Below, one piece after another: positions 47,151-58,985 of a DNA stretch of 64,000 bases. The notes under the pieces were generated by a model, which was not told the DNA's origin, made no database searches, and saw only the letters and a list, made by a program, of their open reading frames with translations. This DNA is from Heterodontus francisci. Lineage: Eukaryota. Each line of letters begins with the position of its first letter. Within the stretch, counting starts at the first letter, position 1. Position numbers and translations under genes: made by a program. The stretch lies in assembly GCF_036365525.1 (NCBI RefSeq), contig NC_090378.1:61271833-61335832 (forward strand). The letters are read 5' to 3'.

Positions 47151-49160
47151 TGAGTTCTTCCTGAATTTTTGTTTTTTAATGGAATGTATTTTTGTTGAAC
47201 ATTTCAAATTGTTTCTTTAAATGTTTCCCACTGTTTATTTACTGCTATAGCTTTTAGTCTATTTACCCAATCAACCTTAGCCAGCTCTCCCCTTATACCG
47301 ACGGAATTGGCTTTGATTAAGTTCAGAATTCTTTGGAACTGGAGTATGTTGCTATCAAACTTAATATGGAATTCAATCGTATTATGATTACTTTTTCCCA
47401 GAGGATCTTTTACTATGATATTACTAATTAAACCTGCCTCATTGCACAATCCTAGTTCTAAAATAGCTTTATGGCCTGATTGGTACCAAAGTGTATTGTT
47501 CCTGGAAACTGTCAGGAAGGCATTCTCCAAATTCATCTTCCAGACTGCCTTTGCCACTTTGATTTGTCCAGTCTATAAAGTCCCCCACAATTATTACACT
47601 GCCTTTGTTACAAGCTTCAGTTATTTCTTGCTGAATGCTCTGCCAACAGCATAACTACCGTCAGGGGTGTATAAACAGTTTTCTGCCCCTTTTCATTCCT
47701 AATCTCCACCCATTCTGATTCTACTTCCTAATCTTCTGAACCAAGAGCCTTTCTCATGACTGTCCTTATGCCATCCTTCACTATCAGGGCTACTCCTTCT
47801 TTTCTATTCAGGCTGTCTTTTTGAAATGTTGTGTAACCTGGAATATTTCCTAACCTTGGTCACCTTGTAACCATGGCTGGTAGAATTCAGCCCCATGTGT
47901 CTCATGGCAATTAGATCCAAACCATTTATCTCTATGTGCTGCTAGTTCATCTACCTTATTGCGATGCTTCGCACATTCAGAAAAAGAGTCTTTTTTTTAC
48001 TACTATTCTTTGCATTGACCTTATTCGCCGATGCACCATTACTGTTAAACTCTTTGTCCCTTCCTGTTCCACTCTGCCTGCCTTTTCCCAAATCGGTCCT
48101 CTGTTCTATTGCCTTGACATTTTTCTTTAGATTTCTAAATCTCCCTTCACTTGAGCCCTCTCCCCACCTTTTAGTTTAAAGCCCTATCCACAGCTCTAGT
48201 TATACAATTCACTAGGATGTCAATCCCAGCCTGTTTTAAGTGGAACCCATCCCAATGGAACAGCTCCCTTTTTCCCCAAGTACTGTTGCCAGTGTCCCAT
48301 GAATTGAAACCCCCTTCTTCCCATCACCACTCTTTGAGCCACATGTTTAATTCTCTAACCTGCTTGACCCTGTGCCAATTGGTGTATGGCTCGGGTAACA
48401 ATCCAGAGATTATTACCTTTGAGATTCTGCATTTTAATTTGGACCATAACTCCTCAAACTCAGCAGAACATCATTCCTAGTTCTACCTATGTCATTGGTT
48501 CCTACGTGGACCATGACAAATGGATCTTCGCCCTCCCACTTCAAGTTCGTCTTCAGCCGCGAGGAGATGTCTTTAACCCTGGCACCAGGCAGACAACACA
48601 ACCTTCGGAACTCCTGGTTGCAGCTGCAGAGAACACCATCTATCCCCCTGACTATACTGTCTCCTTTCACTGCCACATTTCTTATCAGTCCCCCAGCTTC
48701 AATGCAGGAGTGCTGTGCCCCAGCTTCCCTCCAATGATTTCTACCCCCTCATCATGATCAGACCCACTCGCATTCAGTGAGCCCCCACCCCCCACCCCCA
48801 CCACTTCTGCTCCCAGTCTTTCTCCACCACCCCACAATAACCCCCTCCTCACAATCTCTACCCCAGCAGCAGGATATATACCAACAGCTCCTCGGCTCCG
48901 GCCTCTTCTGCAGTGTTTCTCCACCTGACAGGGGGCCAAGTCTATCAATCAGGCTGGCTTCCAGGCAGGGATCCTGTTCTAGTTTAAACTCTGCAGTATT
49001 TGAGGAAACCCAGGCTTCTGACCAGAACTCCACTCCCCCTCCCACCCCAGCTTAGAAATCCTGCCCCAGCAAAGATTGGGAGCTATTTCTTTGATTCAGG
49101 ATTAATTTTATTGTTTGTGGTTCTGAACCAATCAAAAAAATTATTCATTTTTGTTTTAAG

Positions 49161-49239
49161 TGAGGACAGTGGCACAGTTCCTGGTTTCCTGCAGGACCAT
49201 TACCTGGATTCCTCCTGGAGGAGTAACAATGGTTTTTTG
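49161..49239 (+). CDS. MYSM1: MYSM1 coding exon 2 (EDSGTVPGFLQDHYLDSSWRSNNGFL)
   Basis: DHYLDSSWR motif; acceptor TTTTTGTTTTAAG and donor GTAAGT; 79 nt, phase 2 to 0. Confidence 0.93.
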
Positions 49240-50099
49240 GTAAGTCCTAAAACTCAGCATTGTGGTGGATAATTTTAAACTTATAGAACTTATTAAATAT
49301 TAAAATGTAATTTCCTGTGAAGCGCCAGTTTTTTAACAAATGGGTCACAGCGCAACATTGGACAAACTAAAGTTAACAAATTCAGCAATCAAGCTCATAC
49401 ACTAGTCTGAGTTGAGAACACCTTGTTCATTATAGTGTTACAAATTTGGGTCTGCCATAGATACCTTTTCAGGTTCAATGGCATCAGTGGCTCCTGTAAG
49501 CAGCCTAAAGTCTTACTTTTGTTTTGTTTAATAAGGTAACTCAAGTATGTAACAGTAGCATTGTCTCCTGTTTTTGACTAATAATTGATGTCTTTTGCAT
49601 GTGTGCTTCTTCAATCTCTCAAGAGATACCAAGTAAATGCTTGATAAGGCAAGGCCAGCTGATATTATTGGACTCACTTAGTTCAATCCATACAATTTAC
49701 CCTCATGCAATAATGCAAAATTAACAACATGCCACATTACACCACATCAGTGGATGGTCTTAATTTAAACAAATGACTTCTACCTATCTTCCAGCATCTC
49801 TAACCTCTTTGTTTCACTGAAAATCCTCACAAATTCCCTGACTATCTTTGTTGGCCTTCCTGTTTCAGAAAGCCTGTGCTTGATTCTCTTTTTAATCTGT
49901 TGCTGATCAAAGACTTTCTGGTGCAATGGGTGTGAGGTATTTATTGGTTACTGAGACAGCCTAACAAATCGCTTATTATTTACAGTCTGTAGGAAAATTA
50001 CAAAAACTCTAGTGCTTTTGTCTATCTCAAAGAATTTTCTTTTGGCTATGCTTTTAAAAACCTAAGTTAAAAGTAACCCTTTTTAAAATTTCTTTCTGT

Positions 50100-50510
50100 G
50101 GAACATATGAATAAGAGTAAACCATTACCCTCTTAAGCCTATTCTTCCATTTACTTAAATATAGCTGATCTGTACCTTAAATCCATTTACCTGCATTTAA
50201 TCCATATTTTTTGATACTCTTACCTCGTGAAAATCTGTCGATCTCCTGAAAATTCCAATTGACCCAGCATCCACTCTGCCTTACTAGCAAGGGAATTCCA
50301 GACTTCCAGTACTCTTTGTGTGAAAAAGTGCTCCCTGATTTCGCTCCTAAATGGCCAAGCTCTAATTTTGAGGTTATGCCCACTTTATTCTGGATTCCGC
50401 TCCCAGTTGAATATTTTCATTATTTTAAACATCTCAACCATATTCTAAACTCGGGGGAATACATGCCCAATTTATACAACTTGTCCTCATAATTTAACCC
50501 TTTAAGCCCT
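50100..50510 (-). mobile_element. CR1 3'-end fragment
   Basis: Typical CR1 3' region on the minus strand, similar to 43190-43640. Confidence 0.65.
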
Positions 50511-50749
50511 GGGAAAATGGTGAATTGATCCTGAAATGTGATAAATCGCAGAAAGAACTTGCATTTATATTAGTGCATTTTGTAATCTCAGGACATCCCA
50601 AAGTGCTTTACAGCCAGTGGATTAGTCAATGTTGTAACATAGGGAGACGCAGACACCAATTTCCACACATCAAGATACTAGAAACTGCTGTTGATTGAAG
50701 GATAAATGTTTTGGGTTTGTTGTGTTTTCATCTTTCTTTCTTTTTACAG

Positions 50750-50820
50750 TCCTGGACTTTGGATAGCTCTCTCAGTGAAGAGAATAGAGCAGCTATTGAG
50801 AAGATGTTGCAGGAGGAAGA
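50750..50820 (+). CDS. MYSM1: MYSM1 coding exon 3 (SWTLDSSLSEENRAAIEKMLQEE-)
   Basis: Matches the MYSM1 segment PWTLDNTISEENRAVIEKML as recalled; strong acceptor and U12-type donor. Confidence 0.94.
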
Positions 50821-52347
50821 GTATCCTTTTTATTGGTGGCGTTATTGTACAGATTCATTATCACTGGAGTCAGATGCCGTTATGTTAGCTGATAATTTTC
50901 CTTTGATACAATACAGCTTCTCCATCACTCCAATTTCAAAATTTGTCTTTCTCGACTTTCAAACTTTGTCTTCCTCTGCTTTGCCTTTGTACCTAATGAC
51001 TCGTGATCCTAAATAATTTCAGCCACCGTCTAAATTCCCTCTTCCCCAGTTTCCCATTCTTCTGTCCTCACTTAATTTCACCCTGCACGTCAACTCTGCA
51101 TTTCCATGACCACCCTCCTGACCTCACTATTAGATGTGATCTTGGCATCTCTAAGGTCTGTGCCATTGTTACTAGTTACTTCTGAGCACTTCCACATCTC
51201 TCTTGCTTCCAAAACCCTTTTTCTGCCCCACCCCACTACCATCACGCTGCTCTGTTGGGAAAAACTATCTGCTAACCCCTCTCCAGCTCTCAACTCCCTC
51301 TTTTTTGGCCCTCCATCCACTAAGGTGCTGCTATCTCCTTTCATCTCTCAGCAGCTTGACACTGCTTCTTACACCATCACCAACCAAGTTGGTTTCCTGT
51401 ACAAAACCTGAGAGCCACAGGCTTGAGTGCAGATGGTGCATTAATGCCCAAACTGGCATTAGAAGATCTGGAAGATCATGAGAAAAATGGTCTCTCCCTC
51501 TGTAGCCAAATCATCATTTTACTCTAAATTATTTTTTGTAAGCAAGGGTAATCCCAAACTCTATTCCTGCATTACAGATTATCTCCTTCAAGTTCCCAAA
51601 GTTCTCACAGTATTTACTCCTGCAAGTTGTTCCACATATTGGCCCTGCTATGAAATGATGAGGTAATGAAGCTGGAGGCAAGTGGAATTTATTTCCAGGA
51701 CAAATAGCCACAGTATATTGAGAAACAGGGTTCATGTTTCAGGTCAATTTTGAAAGGTCATTGGCCTGAAACATTAACTATCTCTCTCTACAGATACTAC
51801 CTGACCTGCTGAGTATTTCCAGCATTTTCTGTTTTTATTTCAGATTTCCCATATCTGCAGTATTTTGCTTTTGTCTTCAGTATATTGGTTGGTTTGTCAA
51901 CTGGCTTCCTGCCTCTTGTTATATCTTCTAAAGAACAATTTGACAATCATGGTCTTATTTTCTGTTTTCTTTATCCTTATCGGTTTTCTCCCTCCTTTTT
52001 CTGAAGAGGTTGACTCCTTTCTCGCAGTACCGTTCCATGGACACTATTGTCCACCAGTACTTCACTCAAGTGATTATTCTTGATGTGTAAGTCTGGACAG
52101 TGAGTATTCTCAGGCAATTTCACCATTAGGGGCATTGTAGCCAGGTTCAATCCTGTGCACCCATATTTCCAACAGGAATTTCTGGATAGCATTCTAAGGT
52201 TGAGCACCCTGGTTAACTTACTCCTGCCTAACCCAAGAGCATCAAGACTAATTTATCACCTCTAGTTGGTTCTAGTTGGAATCAGCTATCTCAGCGCAGA
52301 CTGTAACTCTCTTTTTTGACTATATTTGTCCCTTAACCATTTGATAG
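50821..52347 (+). other. MYSM1: U12-type (minor spliceosome) GT-AG intron 3 of MYSM1
   Basis: 5' splice site GTATCCTTT; branch point CCCTTAAC at 52330-52337, ~10 nt before the AG (52346-52347), with no polypyrimidine tract. Confidence 0.92.
51735..51875. mobile_element. Short Penelope-terminus derivative
   Basis: TGAAAGGTCATTGGCCTGAAACATTAAC...GACCTGCTGAGTATTTCCAGCATTTTCTG, as in the 3' end of 178-2064. Confidence 0.7.
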
Positions 52348-52425
52348 GTACTACCTAACAGGGAAAAAACATCCACAAAGCAGCTGGTCTGATCACCAAG
52401 AGAGAGAGAAAATACCTGTGAAAAG
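52348..52425 (+). CDS. MYSM1: MYSM1 coding exon 4 (-EYYLTGKKHPQSSWSDHQEREKIPVK-)
   Basis: Completes EEEYYL; donor AG|GTGAAT; 78 nt, phase 2 to 2. Confidence 0.9.
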
Positions 52426-52699
52426 GTGAATTGACATGTATGGAGATTCATTTGTTAATATTTAAGGCATATAATGTATTACTTTATAAGTGAACCTTAT
52501 TCAAACAAAACCTGTCTTTTTTAATCTGTTTAATAAAATGTAATAACACCAGAAAATGTATTTGAATTAATAGACATAGGGAGTGAAAATATCTATGTTC
52601 AAGACCAGTTAAAATGAAATGAGGAGTTCCCTGTTGAATCAGTGCTTTTATTCAATGAAAAGTTGAGGCACATCAACCAAGAAAATTCCAAGTTTATTC

Positions 52700-53010
52700 T
52701 CTCTACTGTGATAGGTTAGCTGTTCTCAGATGGGTGTGGGGGGCTATAGAATTGCTGTAGTGCTCCATGATACAGAGGGGAAAACCAGTCGAGTTTTGTT
52801 CATGATAACCTTTTCTGCTTAGAAGTATGTACTTCTGGATATTGGGTAGGGACAGGATTGAGTGTGGTTATGAAGCCATCTGCAGTCAAATTGCACAGAC
52901 TCATATTAACTGTTGAGGTTTATACTTGAATAATGGCCATTGGGGTGAGGTAGTGGAAAGTATCCAGCACCAGTTAAGTCAGCGCCTTTAGGCAAGATGG
53001 TCAGGGAAGA
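52700..53010 (+). mobile_element. Old LF-SINE-like element
   Basis: GTTAGCTGTTCTCAG...GGGTAGGGACAGGATTG...AATGGCCATTGGGGTGAGGTA...AGTCAGCGCCTT. Confidence 0.5.
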
Positions 53011-53029
53011 AAGCTGAGTGGGCATCTTA

Positions 53030-53830
53030 CCAACAACTTGGATTTATATAGCACCTTTAACATAAAAGGTCCTAAGGTGCTTCACAGCAGCATTATTAAA
53101 CAAAATATGACACCGAGCCACAAAAGGAGATGTTAGGTCAGATGACCAAAAGCTTGGTCAAAGAAGTAGGTTTTAAGGAGTGTCGTATAAAGGAGGACAG
53201 TGAGGTGGAGATGTGTAGGGAGGGTATTCCAGAGCTTGGGACCTGGTAACTGAAGGCACTTCCACCAATGGTGGAGCAATTAAAATCAGGGATGCACAAA
53301 AGGGCAGAATTAGAGGAGCGCAGATATCTAGGAGGGTTGTGGAGCTGGAGGAGATTACAGAGATAAGGAGGGGCGAGGCCATAGAAGGATTTGAAAACAT
53401 GGAGGAAAATTTTAAAATCAAGGCGTTGCACGACCGGGAGCCAACGGAGGTCAGCAAGCACAGGGGTCATAGGGGAACGGGACAGGGTGCAAAGTAAGAC
53501 ACAGGCAACAGAGGTTTGGATGACCTCAAGTTTACAAAGAGTAGAATGTGGGAGGCCAGCAAAGAGTGCTTTGGAATAGTCAAGTCTCGAAGTAATGAAG
53601 GTGTGAATGAGGGTTTCAGCAGTAGATGAGCTGAGACGGGGTGAAGTCAGGTGATGTTACGGGAAATAGGCGATCTTAGTGACGGCACGAGTATGAGGTC
53701 AGAAGCTCATTTCAGGGCCAAATATGACACCAAGGTTGCGAACAGACTGGCTTAACCTCAGACTGTTACCAGGGCGAGGGATGGGGTTGGTAGCCAGGGA
53801 ATGGAGTTTGGACCAGGGACCGAAAACAGT
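53030..53830 (-). mobile_element. L2-clade LINE 3' part
   Basis: ORF 53138-53470 reads TPVLADLRWLPVVQRLDFKI..FKSFYGLAPPYL. Confidence 0.85.
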
Positions 53831-54416
53831 GTCCTTAAAATGTGAAATCCAGAACCTGTTGTATTATTTTTCAGGTGTTTGTGTGGATAGGTAGAGTATT
53901 ACTATTGTAGGAAGTAGTTTGTACAAGTTCACATGATACGTTAAATCCTTGCTTTGTAGTGTGTGTGAAACTATTCGATTGTTTCTTTACATATTAAGGG
54001 GAGAAAGATACAATTTTGCATTTTTATTTAAGTTGGCACAATCTGCATTTTTTTCTTTTGTCTTTGTCTGGTTGTGTTCCCATGGCAGATACTACTGGGC
54101 CTTTACCAGTGCTGCTTTAAATATGGCTGCTAAAAGTTGCACAAGAGAAGTCCAGTGTTTGACTTTCTGACTTTCCCTGTGTACAAGCCACTTCCAAATT
54201 GCAGTTAGTGCCATGCTAATGCCACCACCTTCTGAGGGATGAGTCTTAATGCTGCAGTGGCAACACCAAAGTAAAGTTGGAGCACTTCACTAAGGCTTTT
54301 AGCCAGGATGATCCCATTAAAAAGAAACATTTTGCTTTGGTATTGATGCTGTCAGAACTTGGCTGCACTAGAGCAGTGTAAAATTAGCTATGGAAATTGT
54401 TTAGTCTCTTTGATGT

Positions 54417-55429
54417 TGTTACGAATGAGGCGGGAGGAGTGCACTGTTTTTTCTAGTTCTACTTCTCCACAGGCCACAACATACATTTAAATGTTTACCC
54501 AGTTACCGATACAGTCAATCATAGACTCTATTTTTTAATCGCAGAATAAAATACATCAACCAGGTTTCTATAATAAACAACAAAATTGTCCGTTTATTAT
54601 AAAACAAGACGGAATCAGTATCGAAACAAAGCTTTAACACAGAGTGAAATATGAAAGTCCCCTTTTACATTAGCCCCTCTCACATGTGCGCACACACACA
54701 AGCGCATATAGGTTAACCAAAAAGGAGATTTTCTTTTTAGAGCTCTGTTACCAAAAAAAAGCTAAAAAAGAATACTTTGGCCAAATACGTGCTAGTTCTT
54801 AAAGAAAAAAGAGAAGATATGGAAAGATGTCAGTTGTCCCTTTTTTGGTTTGGTGTCCCAAATACGTGTAGACGGCTATCACCGGGATCTTTCTCTGGAG
54901 CAATTTGTTCAGGCGGCGTCGATTTATCCGGCAGGTTTTTCCAGCATCTCAGGAGAAATGCGGCAACCGAGGTTTCAGGCAGGCCTTTCAGGAGGAATGC
55001 ATCATCAATTTCTCTCTTTCTTACACTCGCATCTAAGAGCTTCTCAAAGAGATGGAAAAACTGGCAGGGTTTTCAAAGAGATGGAGCAGGGTGAGCTGGG
55101 GGGACTGCTCCCCTGGCTGGAATTTAAAACTCCAACTGACTGTCCAAAGCGAAACCAAAACAATATCTCAAAAGTCAAGCCTCCTGACACCTATAAATCA
55201 TGATCTGTCACTTCTCTGTAAACATCTGTCCCAAGTCAGAAAGCCCCTGCTGTGTAATTATCTGAAGTTAGGTGACTTCCAGTAAGGGTTGTTTACAAAC
55301 CAGGTCCAAAATACCTTACAATGACCTCTTTTTAAAAAAAAACACAAAGTACAGCATCTATGGGATCCTTTTTTCAATTTTAAAACACAAGTCTTCAATT
55401 TAACAATAAATGGAAGTACTTTCGTAACA
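54417..55429. mobile_element. Solo LTR (1013 bp)
   Basis: Termini TGTTACGAA...TTCGTAACA and a perfect 4-bp TSD ATGT at 54413-54416 and 55430-55433. Confidence 0.88.
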
Positions 55430-55879
55430 ATGTTTCCTCACAGAGAAATGACATAGATTGGAAACTTTGCAGTGCAATGGATTGTGAGCACAATCATGTT
55501 GCATTGCTCAGTGCATTTAGTCTCAAGTGCAATATGCCATCATGTCAACTTACTGTAGAGAGAAATCTGAATATATACATCAATATATTGCCCCCGCCTC
55601 ATCCCAAGGTGGGCTAATTATTTCTTTGTCTGAGTTGGTTTTAGTTCAGCAAGCCATTGCATAGAACTCTTCTGAATTTGACCTACTGTTCACGCAAATT
55701 TAATACTTGGGCACTAACTATGGTTGAAAAATCTATTCATCAACAAGCCTGGGACAACGTACTTGTAGTTTTGAGTTTTCAAGTAACCCAAATGTATGTA
55801 TCTATCCCTCTACCATTGCTTATTTTTTATTCCAAGCTTTCTTGCTGCAACAATTGTAGTTTTGCTGCAAACAGAGATG

Positions 55880-55915
55880 TTGTCGAAGCTTTTCGTCTTG
55901 CACTAATCAGGGCAA
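55880..55915 (-). ncRNA. Minimal hammerhead ribozyme motif (core CTGATGA>CTGATTA)
   Basis: Reverse complement TTGCC-CTGATTA-GTGCAAGAC-GAAA-AGCT-TC-GACAA. Confidence 0.65.
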
Positions 55916-56928
55916 TCATAAGAATAACCAATGTAAGGGAAAACAACAACTTATGCTGCATGATGAGAGTGCTGGTTGGTTGGCAAGTGAACTCTGATCG
56001 GTAGAGGCGCTGCTATGGCAAATGCACCAGTTTACGGTGACTGACAGTTAACTGCCAAGCTTTGTTTAATATTTAAACCAGGCAGCTTAACTCTGATTGG
56101 TCAAGGCATTGTCCTGAGGAATGAACCAGTGAATGGCTGTCACTAATTTTGTTCAGCTGAAACAGGTGCAATGTTTCTACATATTTTTTCTGTCTGCAAA
56201 GAACAGGGCCCTGTGTATTAATATATGTAGCTTCCAATACACGCAAATGCACCACACTGCGAGTCCTACTGACAAACTTAAATTGGTTATCAGCGTAATT
56301 CTTAGCACGCTGTGGATTATTTAGCAAATGTTGTCCAATCGCAAAATCACATCTAATGTTGGACACTGTATTTTGAGTTTTGCAAGCACGGGCTGATTGG
56401 GTACGGCCCGTACCTTGCCCGTTGTGAACAGCAGAAGGGACACGTTGCTTGATACGATCCACCGGTCTTTGGGACGTACGACCTATATACCTAGCATCAC
56501 ACTGGCATTGAAATTCATATATCATATTACTCATTCGTGTGATAGGTAGGACGTCTTTTTGGCTTGACGGCAGCTTCCTGTTAGTGGCAAACGCCACATG
56601 TGTTGCTACTGCATAGTAGCAGCGTGAAATAGCTAGCTTTACCTGTTGCAAAATTTGAGCAAAATTGTCATTGCACCTGTTTCAGCTGAACAAAATAAGT
56701 GACAGCCATTCACTGGTTCATTCCTCAGGGCAATGCTTTGACCAATCAGAGTCAAGCTGCCTGGATTAAATTTTACACAAAGCTTGGCAGTTAACTGTCC
56801 GTCACTGTAAACTGGTGCATTCACTATGGCAACGCCTCTACCAATCAGAGTTCACTTGTCAACCAATCAGCACTCTCTGCTCATGCAGTACAAATTGTTG
56901 TTTTCCCTTGCATTGGTTATTCTTGCGA

Positions 56929-56964
56929 TTGTCCTGATGAGTGCAAGATGAAAAGCTTCAACAG
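56929..56964 (+). ncRNA. Minimal type I hammerhead ribozyme motif (intact core)
   Basis: TTGTC-CTGATGA-GTGCAAGAT-GAAA-AGCT-TC-AACAG, with palindromic stem III (AAGCTT). Confidence 0.75.
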
Positions 56965-58281
56965 CATGTCTCTATCTTCAGCAATAATCAAGTTGTGTAC
57001 GACTAAATGACTAATTGTAGTTTTATACTATTCTCCCCTACTTCATTAGCTCACTAGTAATCTATATGTCAAAGATGCATTTTGTGTGCCTGTAAATCAT
57101 TTGGTTAGTACTCGCTGTTGCTTCTTGTAATTGAACATTTTCTTCTAAGTTAAAATTGTTCTGTTACTTGTATAAGCAGCAGAATGTTAGGCTCACTGTG
57201 CACTGGAACGTTTATTAAAAAATCAATCTTTGGATGTAGGCAACAACCTCTCATATGGGCAACATCTTCTATAAAGGTCAGTGTTTAATTAAAAAGGGAA
57301 ATCATTACAACTTCAACTGATACATGTCAGTGAGTGGCTAAAGGTGAGTACTTACTGGCAACCTTGCCATCAAGGGACTGTCACCAGTCAAAAATTCAGT
57401 AGCTGATGGTACAGTTCCACAATGGGGGCTGCTTACTTGCTGACCAGCCATATATAAATCTCTCTTTTTGACTGAGATCTGTATGACATGCTACTAGTGA
57501 GAGGAGGAAAACAGCGATTTCACCAGTTAGATTAGTGAGCTACTTAAATATTTATTTCTTACCTCCACCAACCTTATATGGATGTGTACTTCATTTTAAA
57601 ACTCTTCAGGAGTGTTTGTTTATCTATGCAAAAGTATCATTCTACTTCATACCCATATAAAATCGACTCAAAAAAAATCACTTTACTGGAAACTTTAAAA
57701 CTCATACAACTGAGATTAGCATAGGGACAGTAACGTAAAAAAAAATGTTGTGAAAGTTAAATCCTGTGAAATTGCAGCATCAGTGGATATTTTGAATTTT
57801 GTTCTTGTGGGGTAAAATACTTTAGTTAGTTTAGGAGAAACGTTTGGCTAGGCTGCACAATGACAGGTCATCAACGTTTGTGTGCTAAATCAGAGTGGCT
57901 GATGTAGACCCTTTGAGTTCCTGATCTCACCCATGCGACCCTTAAAAGGTGCTAAATGGAGGCCAACTAGTTCTGCAGAACAAGACTAAGACATTTAGTA
58001 CTGCTTTCACCCATCTCATTGTAGCTGGTTTCAGAGCTTGCAGTAAGGGAGGAGAAGGCCTATTAAATTATCAGCAGTTAAATGATGGATTTTGATGTAA
58101 AAACATGCTAACATTTCATTAGGAAAAAACACCAATTGCAACTGAAATTTTGATTGGTTACAGAAATAATAAATGCTCTACTTAATTGTTAAGCTAATAA
58201 TTTACTACTTTGTTTTCTTGTTGCAAATACTGTTTATTTTCTTGCCTGTACGCATTGACTTTTTTTCCTGTTTTTACACAG

Positions 58282-58311
58282 TATTCGTCAGAGGAAAGCT
58301 GTGAAAGGCAG
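58282..58311 (+). CDS. MYSM1: MYSM1 coding exon 5 (30-nt microexon, -SIRQRKAVKG-); gene continues beyond the window
   Basis: Strong acceptor (TTGAC TTTTTTTCCTGTTTTTACACAG) and donor AG|GTATGT; phase 2 to 2 fits exon 4. The SANT-domain exon was not found within the window. Confidence 0.75.
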
Positions 58312-58454
58312 GTATGTATGGTTTGCTCTAATTAATGTATTTATTTAAAAGCTCTGTTCTATCCAAGGCAATTGTCTTATATCTGCTTACATATCTTGTG
58401 AAATTTGTTCATTTATATATCTATTCTTTTAATGAGAAATTTTCTTCTATTGTG

Positions 58455-58985
58455 CAAAATTCTGGGTGCCACACTTTAGGAAGGATGAGAGGGCTTTGGA
58501 GAGAGTACAGAAGAGATCTACTAGAATGACTGCAAGGATGAGGGATTACAGTCACCAGATAGACTAGAGAAGCTGGGGTTGTTCTCCCGAGAGCAAAGAC
58601 GGCTAAGAGGAAATTTGATAGAGATGTTTAAAATCATGAAGGGTTTAGATAAAATACAGAAACGCTGTTTCCAGTAACTGAAGGATCGATAACCAGAGAG
58701 GACAGATGAAAGGTAACTGGCAAAAGAACCAGAGGCAACAAGGAAAAACTTTTTTATGCAACAAGTGGTTAGGATTTGGAATGTACTGCCTGATAGGACG
58801 ATGGATACATGTTCAATAGTAGCCTTCAAAAAGAAACTGGATAAATACTTGAAGGAGAAAAATTACAGGGATATGGGGAAAGAGCGGGGAAGTGGGACTA
58901 ACTGAATTGCTCTTTGAAAGAGCTAGTGCAAACTTGATGGACCGAATCGCCACCTCCTGTGCTGTACTATTCTGTGATTCTAAAT
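58455..58985 (+). mobile_element. CR1 3'-end fragment
   Basis: TTCTGGGTGCCACACTTTAGGAAGGATG...GAGAAGCTGGGGTTGTTCTCC...TGTACTATTCTGTGATTCT. Confidence 0.8.

Larger units (their letters stand above)
43190..48700 (-). mobile_element. Degenerate near full-length CR1 LINE, hosting RTE and SINE insertions
   Basis: ORF1 esterase remnant GDSIVRGID...CCLPGARVKDI...HVGTNDIG (48434-48676), ORF2 remnants at 47204-47557, 46301-46735 and 43455-43884, and 3' tail at ~43190-43230. Confidence 0.88.
55864..57012 (-). mobile_element. Second Penelope-like element (GIY-YIG remnant) with inverted terminal repeats
   Basis: 12-bp TSD AATTGTAGTTTT (55852-55863, 57013-57024). ORF 56073-56651 reads MIYEFQCQCDARYIGRTSQR..IGQHL..LEATYI. 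~55864-56173 is inverted at ~56669-56985. Confidence 0.9.
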
